64,000 bases of DNA, taken from the IMG/VR virus record IMGVR_UViG_3300021431_000005, positions 32,001 through 96,000 of that record; one strand, given 5' to 3'. A model generated the notes under the pieces. It worked only from the letters and a program-made list of their open reading frames with translations. It made no database searches and was not told the DNA's origin. Made by a program: the position numbers and the translations under genes. Shown here piece after piece: positions 19,363 through 29,500 of this stretch; position 1 is the first letter of the stretch; each line of letters begins with the position of its first letter. Origin of the DNA: a virus. Lineage: Duplodnaviria; Caudoviricetes.

Positions 19363-21498
19363 TTATTTAATTTTGTATTGTATAATGTCTATATCTTCGG
19401 GCTTCATGATTTCTACCCAAGAATACGATGCAGTTGTTAGTATCGGATTAAACGTTTCATCATACGAACGTGAAGGATTGTCTGAAATAGCAACGATCCA
19501 AACATCGCCCTTGTCAGAACGCAGAATAAACGCGTTGTCACCCGTGATAAACTTGTTCCACCTGTCAACCTTTTCAATGTCATCGTATATCTCACCCGAA
19601 GGACATTCAAGCGACAAAAGCCTTGTTCTGAAAGTTCCCGACTGATAAATATTATTAGTGCGTGTAACAGTGGGGTATGCAGAAGTCCCGACATGAATGT
19701 TGAGTCCAAGATTATGAGCGATGTCTCCCGAATCAATTTCAGAAATAAAATGCCATGTTTCGCCAACTACATACGGTTCTTTAGCGAATACAAAAGAGTA
19801 TGCGCTTATATCCGAAGCGGTTCTAACCTTTTCCTTGGATAAGTGCCTAACATACTTACCGAACGCCATTTCTGCCCTACCATACTTTTCAAGGTAGCCC
19901 GTGTAGGGGTGAATAGAAGTTATCGTCCACCCATCCCACGCAGTCTTGACAGGAGTTATTGTGTAAGGTTTGTAATTATCTTCGGGAACGTAAGTTGGAA
20001 CTTCTTTGATGGTTCTCGAAATTAGATATTCATATTCCCGATTGTTTCCCGCAGTATAATCAATATACTGCATTACTGTTCCAATTGGTATAAACCCTAA
20101 TCGTCCCCAAAGATAATCTCCAACCTCTCGTCTAAAAACATTATAACCATCAGTGTCAAAATGCACTAAGCTACTTTGTCCGGTAAGTCCAATAACAACA
20201 TTCTGATTCTCTCCGTCAACAATAACATTATGTCCAGTAATAGGAGAATCCTGTGTAGGCATATCAACCTTGATATGCTTAGTGACTGTCAACTGTTGCT
20301 TTTCATAGGTTGTTAGGGTTGTTTCAACATTTATATCCTCACCAAGAACATACTGAGGGAAATTATATCCTAAGTCATAGCTGTATATTTCACAGCTGTC
20401 ACCAATCAAAGTATCTTCGCCAAGATAAATCGAATATTTTGCTCCTGTTTCGGGAACAACAGGCAATGGGTAGGCAAGTGCTGCAATTCCGTATTCACTG
20501 TTATAATTGATAATTGTAGAACTATATCCCTCGTCAACAGTACCCGAATGAGAACCAACGATTCTTTCTATGATGATTTTCTTACCTACAATATTCTGTT
20601 CGATCTCAGTACCGATAAGAATATTTTTGGAATCAACATACGCTTCTGTGTCGGAAGTTTTCGCCTGAATCGTTCCACTCATAGTAGTATTGCCCTCAGT
20701 CTGATACAATCTCATACGATAGTTTTCAAGTCCCACACTATTGGGGTGGAAGTAAGTGTTTGTTACTCTTAGCCCAAGAGGACAAGGGATTGTTTCAGTT
20801 GCTGTCTGCACTTCATCTCGAATGTAAAAATCATAAGAACCCTCGGTTTCAGAACCACTTGTACTTATGAAATTGCAGTTCAGAAAATACTGAGCATTGT
20901 TTATGTTGTCAGCAACGTCTGTCGAAAAATCTGCTTCAACTGTCACCATTCCAGTAGCAGAATCATAGTCAACAACCATGCGCTCCTCGTCACCGATTCT
21001 CATTTTGGTACAACCGATTATATCACCCGTGTCCCCCCATTCCGAGGGTGCTTCGAGTTTAGGTATTCCAGTTGCGATTTTAAATTGATGATAGTTTTGC
21101 GCCCACTCAATTTTACCCGAAGCATAAGGCACACAACAGTTTGGAATGTTTTGAAATGCTCCTGTAATATCAGCCATATTTGCATACAGTGTCAGACTAA
21201 GTTTATAATGCTTACCTGTGTACAATACTGCGCCATCATCATCGCCCGAAGCATTTATAAATATCTTCGGCACACTGCCTTTTTGCCATGCGTATTTTCC
21301 GTCATTGAACCAACGGTAAACAGTTTTTTTGACTAGCTTATTATTAGTGCAATTAAAAATACTCACAGTACAATACGCCAGCGTGTCACACCAGTTCGTA
21401 AACGATAATACGATCTGATTATCCGAATCTATCGACACAACTTTACCATTTCTCAGATTTACGTCTGTTGGTGTTGCCAGTGCTGTTCTTCCTGCCAT
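19363..21498 (-). CDS. Distal tail/baseplate protein with FN3-like segment
   Basis: Directly downstream of TMP; YNVFRRE...YIDYTAGNNREYEY; start at ATG 21498. Confidence 0.55.
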   Translation of the reverse strand: MAGRTALATPTDVNLRNGKVVSIDSDNQIVLSFTNWCDTLAYCTVSIFNCTNNKLVKKTVYRWFNDGKYAWQKGSVPKIFINASGDDDGAVLYTGKHYKLSLTLYANMADITGAFQNIPNCCVPYASGKIEWAQNYHQFKIATGIPKLEAPSEWGDTGDIIGCTKMRIGDEERMVVDYDSATGMVTVEADFSTDVADNINNAQYFLNCNFISTSGSETEGSYDFYIRDEVQTATETIPCPLGLRVTNTYFHPNSVGLENYRMRLYQTEGNTTMSGTIQAKTSDTEAYVDSKNILIGTEIEQNIVGKKIIIERIVGSHSGTVDEGYSSTIINYNSEYGIAALAYPLPVVPETGAKYSIYLGEDTLIGDSCEIYSYDLGYNFPQYVLGEDINVETTLTTYEKQQLTVTKHIKVDMPTQDSPITGHNVIVDGENQNVVIGLTGQSSLVHFDTDGYNVFRREVGDYLWGRLGFIPIGTVMQYIDYTAGNNREYEYLISRTIKEVPTYVPEDNYKPYTITPVKTAWDGWTITSIHPYTGYLEKYGRAEMAFGKYVRHLSKEKVRTASDISAYSFVFAKEPYVVGETWHFISEIDSGDIAHNLGLNIHVGTSAYPTVTRTNNIYQSGTFRTRLLSLECPSGEIYDDIEKVDRWNKFITGDNAFILRSDKGDVWIVAISDNPSRSYDETFNPILTTASYSWVEIMKPEDIDIIQYKIK

Positions 21499-21524
21499 GA
21501 GGTCATCTCCTTTCATATTATAAT

Positions 21525-21550
21525 TAAGAGGGGTTGTTACACCCCTCTAT
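21525..21550. terminator. Hairpin after TMP
   Basis: AGAGGGG/CCCCTCT stem. Confidence 0.45.
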
Positions 21551-21560
21551 ATTAATAGTA

Positions 21561-24500
21561 TCATTTCTTGCCAACCAAACGATTCATGTTGGCTTCACGG
21601 ATATACCTATCCATATATCCCCTGAACTCATCATAATTCTTCGCTCTGATGTCGTTACCAGTAAATACAATAGTTGTAGAATTATCTATGCTTCCAGTAG
21701 TTCGCTCGGTAATTCTATCTATGGTTTTGTTATTCATGTAATTCGGAGTTCCGTTAAAGGCACTTGGGTAATTCATAGAACCCGAGAATACACTTGGCGC
21801 ACTATTCATAAACCTGTTCATCTGTTCTGTTTGTCCTGTACTCAATAATTTCCACAGCGTTGAAATCTGCTTATTGTTGAGAACCATTTCAGGATTAGAC
21901 GGTGTTCCATGAAGCATCGCAGGCCCCGTAAAGTCTACAATGCCGCCCTTAGAAAATCCTCTGAATGCCTTTAAAACACCTTCAAACAGAGAACCGATTA
22001 CACCAGATTCTCCACCTTCCCTCAATGCAGAGGTAAATGCTTTTAATGCAAGAGTTTGTTTCTCGGTTGCATTAGCAAATCTTACAGAGTATTCTTCGTA
22101 GAAATCAAGGTATCCCTCTTGTTCCTTCTTTAGCTTTTCATACTGGTCGATTTGCTTGTCATACTCTTTGATTACGCTCTGTGCATCTTCGATTTGAGGT
22201 TCGATAATATAGTGTAACTGATTCTGGAATCCTGCATAATTCAGTGCAAAGGAGTTAATAAGTCCAGTGTCTTTTGCCATAACAGCATCACGCCAGCCAT
22301 AACCAAGTATAGCTGCGGCATTGATTTCGTCCTGTGCATTTTTATACGAGTCGATTGCTTCTTGCCATGCTTCCTTATACTTTTCGTATGCCTCGATCTT
22401 CTCGTCAATCAAAGCAGTTTCTGCATCCCGCTGGCTTTCAAGTTCAGCTATACGATTATTATTGAGCGCATCATCATATTCTCGCTGTGCCTGTTCGAGT
22501 ACCGATTTGTCGCTTTCTATTCTGAATCCGCCACGTTCTTTATCGTAAACTCTGACTTGGGTGTTCCTTGCTTTTGCGAGTGCCAGTTCTTTTTCTCGGA
22601 GTTCGTTAGCACGATCACGTTCTTCATTTTCAGATTTAAGAGCGTCGATCTCGGTGTTGTATCTATCTTCAATTAACTTCTTCTCGTCTTCGAGAGACTT
22701 GATTTCTCGGTCGATTGCGTTCGATACCGCACTTGCCGCACTTTCATAATTAGAGATGATTGTTTCAAGAGCTTCTTTTTGCTCATTGAGGGATTCAAGA
22801 ATTTCATTCTGCTTATCTTTCTCTTCTTCAATAGCCTTGATTTTATCATCGTACAACTTAATTTGATTTTTGAGTTTAATAATAACATCGTTATACCCCG
22901 TGATAGATTCGGGTAACTCTTGTAATCTTGCTATAAGATTGTCAATGGCTTTGATTTGAGATTTATCAGTAAGCGTAGTCCTAATACTTCGCAGAGTTTC
23001 AACCAAATTGTCAGGCGCATTATCTCTAAGTTCAACAAGTTTTCCACGGAGTTTATCTGTATCGTCTATAACAGATATAAGCTCAGGATGGGCAGTAACT
23101 AATCCCCACGCTTCGTCATTATATGTACCTTCGTCAATTGAGTCGATGATCTGTTGTATAGATTCTACATCGCTCTTAATTGCATCTGCCTCATCAGAAT
23201 ACGAAGAGTAATCAAAAGACCCAGACGCAGCCTCCCAAAACTTCTTCGTCAGTTCGTTTATTTTGCTCGCAGCATTTTTAGCCGCTTCTTCTGCACCTTC
23301 GCCGGTAAATTCAAAACCGACCCTAAGTTTGAGATAGTCTTCTCCACCGCTAAGTACCTTTTGTGCATAATCTCTGACTTCTTCGTCACTAAGGAATCTA
23401 GGTGTGCCGTCCTTATCGTATGTTCGAGAAGAAAAGTTTGCCGCACCATTTCCTGAATTAGAAACGATAGTGGTAACTTTACCACCATTTTTAAGCCAAG
23501 CGTTGCCGCCTTTTTCGTATTCTTTAAGGGTATCAAAATACTCCTTGACCTTTTCAGCAGGACTTCTCGTGTCAACATTAACAGGTTGGTTAAACAATAT
23601 ATCAAGCAGGGTTTTCCAACTTGCCGTATTTTCTTTCGCTTTAAGAATATCGTCGTTGAGTGCCTTGACTTTCTTAGTATAATCTGCATACTCAGCCGCA
23701 TCACTCGGAGAACTGATATTATCAGGGGAAGTCACAGTATAGCTTTCTTTGATTGTATCAAGCTGTTTCTCTTTATCTTCCGCCCATTTCTCATTCGCTT
23801 CAATTTCTTTCTGTATGGTTTCTTTGGTTGACTTAAAGAAATTGTTTCTTGCTGTTTCAATATCAGAAAGCGCAATGGTGTAGCCGTCTGCGGTTTTAGT
23901 AAACTTGTCGGCGAGACTAGCATCAATATCAATAAGTTCTTTAACGTCAGCCGCTGAAAGACTCTCGCCTTGTAATAGAGCAGAGCGAGCGGAATCAAGT
24001 CTCGAAAGGCTTTCATTGGTTTTACTGTATGTTTCGTCCTTGAACTTTTTGAGATTCTGATTATAACCATCAAGCAGACTGTTGATTCCCACGGTCTTTT
24101 CAGCAATCATCGACTCAATATCATTGAATGTGGATTCTACGGTGTCCTTTGTAGCCGTATCATTATCGTCAATGCTTTTAAGAGCTACGTCCTTTAACGT
24201 TTTGATTGTTTCAGACCATGTATAAATCTCGGCGCTGTTGGATGAGCCGACGATGTTTTGAGCGTAATTGTAAGCGTTGTTTAGAATCTGCTGAATATCC
24301 TCGGGAATTTCACCCTCGTTGGATTCTCCACCGTCAATCAATTTCTGCATTTCCTCAAACGAAGAAATCAATTCTTTGTCGCGAGATATTTTTTCTTTGA
24401 GTTCTTTGCGCTTTTTATCAATCGCAGTTAACCACGCCATCTCGTTCTTGTTGCTCTTATCTATTGCGCCATCCAAGTCTTTCCAGAGTTTATCAAGAGT

Positions 24501-25613
24501 ATCTGCCTGTTCTTCAAGAGTACCAAATATACCGATATAATTGTAATTTTTGCTACCTTCTATTCCTTGGCGATACCCAATGTTTTGGTACTTCTCAATA
24601 GTTTCTTTATATTTTTCCCAATTTCCCCAACCACTTGCCTTTATTTCTGTTATACCTTTTGTTCCAAAAGAAAGATAAGTGCCGCCGTTGGACATTGTAA
24701 AATCTTTGCCAGCAAATTGACTCTCCTGTTTTAATTCATCTTTGGCATTATCATACCCTGTTTGATTCTCGTTAATAAATTCCTTGGCTCTTTCATAACG
24801 AGCCTTCTGTATCAGGTTAAGATTCTCAACATATTTGCCGTTGACTAAATCAACAGCCTTAGCTTCGTCACCCAGTTTTTCAACCAGCTTATCCTGAATA
24901 GAAGTCAGTTCTTCCTTCGACTTAGTTAAGTCTTCGCCGCTTAAAGCAAGTTTGTCATAAGTGTCAATCAGTTCTTCAATGGCTTCCTGTTCGTTTTTAT
25001 ACTCTTCGACATTTTCTTTGAGCTTTTCAATAGTCTCTTCTATATCAGCTTGTGCTTCTTTTTCTTTGTTGATAAACGTGGTTATTCCAGCGATTATACT
25101 AGAAATTGCCATAGAGACACCAAATGTTAATACTGCATTGAGTGCTACGTTCGCCGCTGTATAAGCCACAGTCTTAGCCGTTGCTCCGACAAGCTGTTTA
25201 GCGCAATCTCCAAATCCCATCTTTGCGCCGTTAAGCCCCTTAATAGTTCCGCCGAGTTTTCCATCAAGGTCTGAAAGAGCATTGGTGTATGCAGTTACCT
25301 GTTCGGGTGCGCCATGTTTTACTAGGTCATTATACTGCTTGATAGCTTTAAAACGCCCTACGATGCCGTTAGACAAATCAATCTGGGACTTATAGAAACT
25401 CTCCATGCTTACATTGGCGGCGTCAGTGTTTTTAGCAAACTCAATAAGGTCTTTGTTTACGTGTTTTAGAGAGTCGAGATTGCCACCCCGATATATTGCA
25501 GTATCTATTTCTTTAAAATCATCAACAGAATATTGAGAAAGTTTATTATATTTTAACCCTTTTAAAAATTCTATCCTTTTTTTATTTGTTGTTTTGTCGT
25601 TTATATTTACTAT
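21561..25613 (-). CDS. Tape measure protein, exon 2
   Basis: Coiled-coil; C-terminal FSKGGIVDFTGPAMLHGTPSNPEMVLN TMP motif. No usable RBS of its own. In frame with exon 1 after predicted splicing (about 2945 aa total). Confidence 0.88.
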   Translation of the reverse strand: MVNINDKTTNKKRIEFLKGLKYNKLSQYSVDDFKEIDTAIYRGGNLDSLKHVNKDLIEFAKNTDAANVSMESFYKSQIDLSNGIVGRFKAIKQYNDLVKHGAPEQVTAYTNALSDLDGKLGGTIKGLNGAKMGFGDCAKQLVGATAKTVAYTAANVALNAVLTFGVSMAISSIIAGITTFINKEKEAQADIEETIEKLKENVEEYKNEQEAIEELIDTYDKLALSGEDLTKSKEELTSIQDKLVEKLGDEAKAVDLVNGKYVENLNLIQKARYERAKEFINENQTGYDNAKDELKQESQFAGKDFTMSNGGTYLSFGTKGITEIKASGWGNWEKYKETIEKYQNIGYRQGIEGSKNYNYIGIFGTLEEQADTLDKLWKDLDGAIDKSNKNEMAWLTAIDKKRKELKEKISRDKELISSFEEMQKLIDGGESNEGEIPEDIQQILNNAYNYAQNIVGSSNSAEIYTWSETIKTLKDVALKSIDDNDTATKDTVESTFNDIESMIAEKTVGINSLLDGYNQNLKKFKDETYSKTNESLSRLDSARSALLQGESLSAADVKELIDIDASLADKFTKTADGYTIALSDIETARNNFFKSTKETIQKEIEANEKWAEDKEKQLDTIKESYTVTSPDNISSPSDAAEYADYTKKVKALNDDILKAKENTASWKTLLDILFNQPVNVDTRSPAEKVKEYFDTLKEYEKGGNAWLKNGGKVTTIVSNSGNGAANFSSRTYDKDGTPRFLSDEEVRDYAQKVLSGGEDYLKLRVGFEFTGEGAEEAAKNAASKINELTKKFWEAASGSFDYSSYSDEADAIKSDVESIQQIIDSIDEGTYNDEAWGLVTAHPELISVIDDTDKLRGKLVELRDNAPDNLVETLRSIRTTLTDKSQIKAIDNLIARLQELPESITGYNDVIIKLKNQIKLYDDKIKAIEEEKDKQNEILESLNEQKEALETIISNYESAASAVSNAIDREIKSLEDEKKLIEDRYNTEIDALKSENEERDRANELREKELALAKARNTQVRVYDKERGGFRIESDKSVLEQAQREYDDALNNNRIAELESQRDAETALIDEKIEAYEKYKEAWQEAIDSYKNAQDEINAAAILGYGWRDAVMAKDTGLINSFALNYAGFQNQLHYIIEPQIEDAQSVIKEYDKQIDQYEKLKKEQEGYLDFYEEYSVRFANATEKQTLALKAFTSALREGGESGVIGSLFEGVLKAFRGFSKGGIVDFTGPAMLHGTPSNPEMVLNNKQISTLWKLLSTGQTEQMNRFMNSAPSVFSGSMNYPSAFNGTPNYMNNKTIDRITERTTGSIDNSTTIVFTGNDIRAKNYDEFRGYMDRYIREANMNRLVGKK

Positions 25614-25641
25614 CGGACTTATAAATATATGTGGGAATATA

Positions 25642-25670
25642 TTGACAAAAATATAATTGCATGATATAAT
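25642..25670 (+). promoter_or_regulatory. Consensus sigma-A promoter of intron cargo gene
   Basis: TTGACA-17bp-TATAAT with extended -10 TG; AAGGAG RBS at 25676-25681. Confidence 0.85.
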
Positions 25671-25681
25671 AATCAAAGGAG

Positions 25682-26149
25682 ATGATGAGAATGTCAGAGA
25701 AATATGTATTTATATGCCCAAAGTGTGGTCAAGTGGAGGGAATTACTTATCCTCATGGAACCATCGTTAATTGTTGTTTCTGTGAAACTCAATTATTAGA
25801 AACCAGTCTTACATTACATGAATCGGCTGAAGCAATAAGAAATGGTACGATTGAAATTATTGACCGCAAACTGTTCGAGCAGTATGTAAAAAACAATCCC
25901 TTGTATGACCAAAATGAGGCAGAACTTTCAAAGCTTAAAAGAGAAACTAATAAGATAGCGAACGAGATGCGGTACGCCGCCGAACGTGCTGTCAAAGAAG
26001 CAAACAAACCGCATTGTCCAGTATGCAACTCAACCAATGTTGAGCGGATCGGCGCAGTCCGCAAAGGTGTTTCAATTGCCGTTTTCGGATTGTTCAGCGG
26101 TGATATTGGAAAGACGATGGTTTGCAATAATTGCGGATATAAGTTCTAA
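25682..26149 (+). CDS. Zinc-ribbon protein encoded antisense inside the TMP intron
   Basis: CPKC/CCFC and CPVC/CNNC knuckle pairs; hydrophobic GVSIAVFGLFS segment; no HNH, GIY-YIG or LAGLIDADG motif seen. Confidence 0.85.
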   Translation: MMRMSEKYVFICPKCGQVEGITYPHGTIVNCCFCETQLLETSLTLHESAEAIRNGTIEIIDRKLFEQYVKNNPLYDQNEAELSKLKRETNKIANEMRYAAERAVKEANKPHCPVCNSTNVERIGAVRKGVSIAVFGLFSGDIGKTMVCNNCGYKF

Positions 26150-26503
26150 AAACATTGTATTGATTTCGCCCTTTTCCCACTATGGCGGCGTGACCATATA
26201 TGATTTTTCAGTATTAAATACTGTTGTCCAGAGTACCCCATCACGATTTTCTACATATCGTTGTAGTTGACCGTGCTACCATTATACTCGTTGAACCTTC
26301 CTTTTCCAAGGCTTGGCTGCGGATTCGATAGCATTTCAGCTATCCTCCCCGAGCGAGAATCATAAAACTCGCTGTGCTATGCACCATGTTCGGTAGTTTT
26401 TCCAAAGCTCTCTTGTTGATATTACGAATACAATATCAACTCGTTCCGTGTTACCACCAGAGCTTACTCGGGCATATTCGCTGAGGGCAAACATTTTAGC
26501 CCT

Positions 26504-29500
26504 ACCCGAGCCTGTTTTCATTTGCAGTCCAGTTAAACCGAACGCAGTCGCTATTCCTGCGCCTGCCGCCGCACCATTCTTGGCGATTCCGTCTAATAAT
26601 TCAAGAAGTGTCTTTGCGCCGTCAATGAGAAATTTGACGGCTTCGCTGTTTACGGTATCAACTGATAACTGCTGCCATGTGGACTTCAACTGATTAAGTT
26701 TTCCGTCTATAGAATCAAGAGAAGATTCTAACTCCTTAGAAGCCGAACCTTCTGCAAGTCCCTCGTTCAAATCTTCAACAACTTTTTCTGCTGTCTCGAA
26801 GTTTCCAAGGATCGCCTGAACTGTATTAAGACCAACTTTACCACCAAGCATTTCGGCAATATCTGCTTGCTGCGAATCAGTTAACGTGTCATACACCCCA
26901 GAGATTTCTTTGAGTATCTGGTATGTAGATTTAAAAGTATTTTCGTCTTGCATAATGTCAATTCTTGTAATACTTTTTATCTTATCACGCAGTTCAGCAG
27001 TAGTAATTGTCATTTCTTCTGCATCTTCGCCAAGCTGATCCGTTGTGCCTCGGATTCTTGCAGAAATAGATTTAAGTGCCGTGCCAACAGTTTCCGTATT
27101 CTGTACGATAGTATTGGCAGAAGTAATAAGACCTATGGATTCGTTGAGATCGTTGCCTGCCGCATTCAAGGATGCCGCCGACCTCTGTAACGCATCGCCT
27201 ACTCCCTTGCTTGTGATTGCGAAGTTGTTGCCAGTATAATTGAACTTATCAACAATTTCTTCTGCGGTTACGCCGATTTTCTCATAAGCCTGCATTGTCG
27301 AAATAATGCTTTGGCTCGCTGTCTGAATATCTAAATCGTCGCCGACGGTTTTATAAACCGTTGCAAGTTTACCAAGATTTTCAGCTTCATTCAACGATTT
27401 ACCTAATCGACTGAACTCAGAGGTTGCATCAACATAATCCGTGAGTGTAGCACCTATATCCACAGAACGACCGCCTGCTGTATCTAAATACTGTTTGAGC
27501 TGTCTCTCGTTTGCATCTGTAACCTTTCTAAGATTCGTCATTGCAGTATCAACTTCATGAACCTGAGTAACCATATCTTTGAGCAATCTCACAGTATAGT
27601 TCAAACTCTTGGTAACAAACGCCCAACCGCCGTACTTCTTATACAATTCTCCAAGTACGTTACCGAAAGTCTTGCCGGACACGCCAGCTTCTTTAACGGT
27701 TCTGTCAAGTGCCGACATATCCGCTCTTAATTTATTCAGGTCTTTATCACTTTGAATTGCGCCCATGCTTATCCTATTAGTTAGTTCTTCATAGGCTTTT
27801 GCGAAATAAGGGTCTTTAAGCGCCTTAGAGTTATCGTCACCCCATTTTCCGAGTCGCTTTACTGTTTCTTCGTATTTTTTCTGAAAAGCAATTGCTGCGT
27901 TATCTGCCTGCTCCTGCTCTTTCATCGCTTTATTACTTTCTTTTTGAGCAGTTGTAAAATTATTTACGGCTTCGGTAACTTCGTCAAGTCTGTTAATATA
28001 TTCTATTAAAGGCTGAATTGAATTACCAAAGTATTGTTCTTTAAGAAAATCAGCGTCTTTTCCCTGAGCAGATGCCGCATTCACGATATATTCATTCTTT
28101 CGGCTCTCAAAATTGTTTGATAACGCTTCGAGCTGATTATTGTCAAGATTACCGATATTTGCCAGAATCTTTTGCGTTTCCCCACCGCTATCTCTGAGTT
28201 GTTTTAATAGCTTTTTAAGTTTTTGAACCTTTTTAGAGAAGTCGTCTATCTCGATATTACTACCATCGAAATTAAACATTGTTAGTCTTGCATCGTCATA
28301 ATCCTCGTATGCTTTGTGAATCTCGGATTCGTATACTTCAGGTTCTTCGGCTAAATATGGATTCTTTGAATAATTGCTTATTACCCCAAGTCTATATTCG
28401 AGAACTTTGAGTTTTTCTGTGTTACCGCCTGCAGCTTCAACCATTTTAATTGTACTACGCAATGTCTCTAACTTCTCATTTGCTTTCTCAGATTCAGAAA
28501 TGATCTCTCTGAGTGAAATAGCTAAGTCAGAAACGGTTTGAATATCATGAGATTCTTTTTGTAAATAATCAGTAAATCCCTGATCTTGACTATACAAATC
28601 TTCTTTGATTTGATTAACTGTATTACCAGATAAATTGGGTCGTTGAACCTTTTTGAGCATACTTTCGGCATTTGTATAAAAAGTAAGTATTTCATTAAAC
28701 TTATGTTCAAAATCATCTATTGGTTGAGATGTGGCATTAGGATGATTATCAAAATACCGTTTTATGTATTCAAATGAATCAAATACTTTTTTTACCGAGT
28801 CAAAATAAGTTGTAATATCTTGCCCAAGAGTCGCAGCTCTTTTAACAATTGCAGGATTGCCATTGGTAGTTATGGGAAGAGTTTGGGAATACGACAAGAG
28901 AGTATTTATGTCACTAATGTTTTTTTTCTGCCAATTCCCGAAGGATCTATTGTGTTCTTCCAACTCCTCCATTAATTCTTTGCGTTTTTCTTCAGATAAG
29001 TTTGCCTTGTTTATCTTCTTCACAACGTCTTCAATGTTTGAATAGATAACACGCATCTGTTCATATAATTCATTAAAGCCAGCTGTTGTGTGTGGCAATT
29101 GAGAATTGGTTTCTTTTAAAGATTTATCGAGAAATTCAAATAAATCATAATTCTCTTTTACTGTTGAAGATATTTCAAACGCTCTCTGTCTATCAGAGGC
29201 GGCGTTTTCAATTCCGCCAACGGTATTATCCTGAGTTTTAGAAGCGCCGCTGTTAACTATAGTTGGTTGATTTTTTTGTAACAGCTGCATAAGCTGTGCG
29301 AGCTGCGCTTGTGTCAGAAGACCACCGCTTGAATTTACTAATGCACTAAAATTAGTAACCTCAGTTTTAAACGTCTTGCCAAGTTGCGCTATTATATTAT
29401 CCAACTTCTTGCCAACGACATCAGCGTAATTGTCTTTGTTGTTAGCATTAGCAATCGACTTGTTGATTGAATCCGCCAAGGTTGCAATCTGTGTTTTGTA

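Larger units (their letters stand above)
25614..26503 (-). mobile_element. Group I intron in TMP gene (890 nt) carrying an antisense cargo gene
   Basis: P1 CTCGGGT|/GCCCGAG with U-G at the splice site; Q AATCCGCAGCCAAG (26312-26325); R GTTCAACGAGTA and S GGGGTACTC form P7; P9.0 GGAC/GTCC before omega-G at 25614; splicing restores the frame. Confidence 0.85.

Noticed and set aside
25682-26149. Homing endonuclease in the intron
   Set aside because: Antisense orientation, own promoter, and no HNH, GIY-YIG, LAGLIDADG or PD-(D/E)xK motif seen; not excluded without a profile search.
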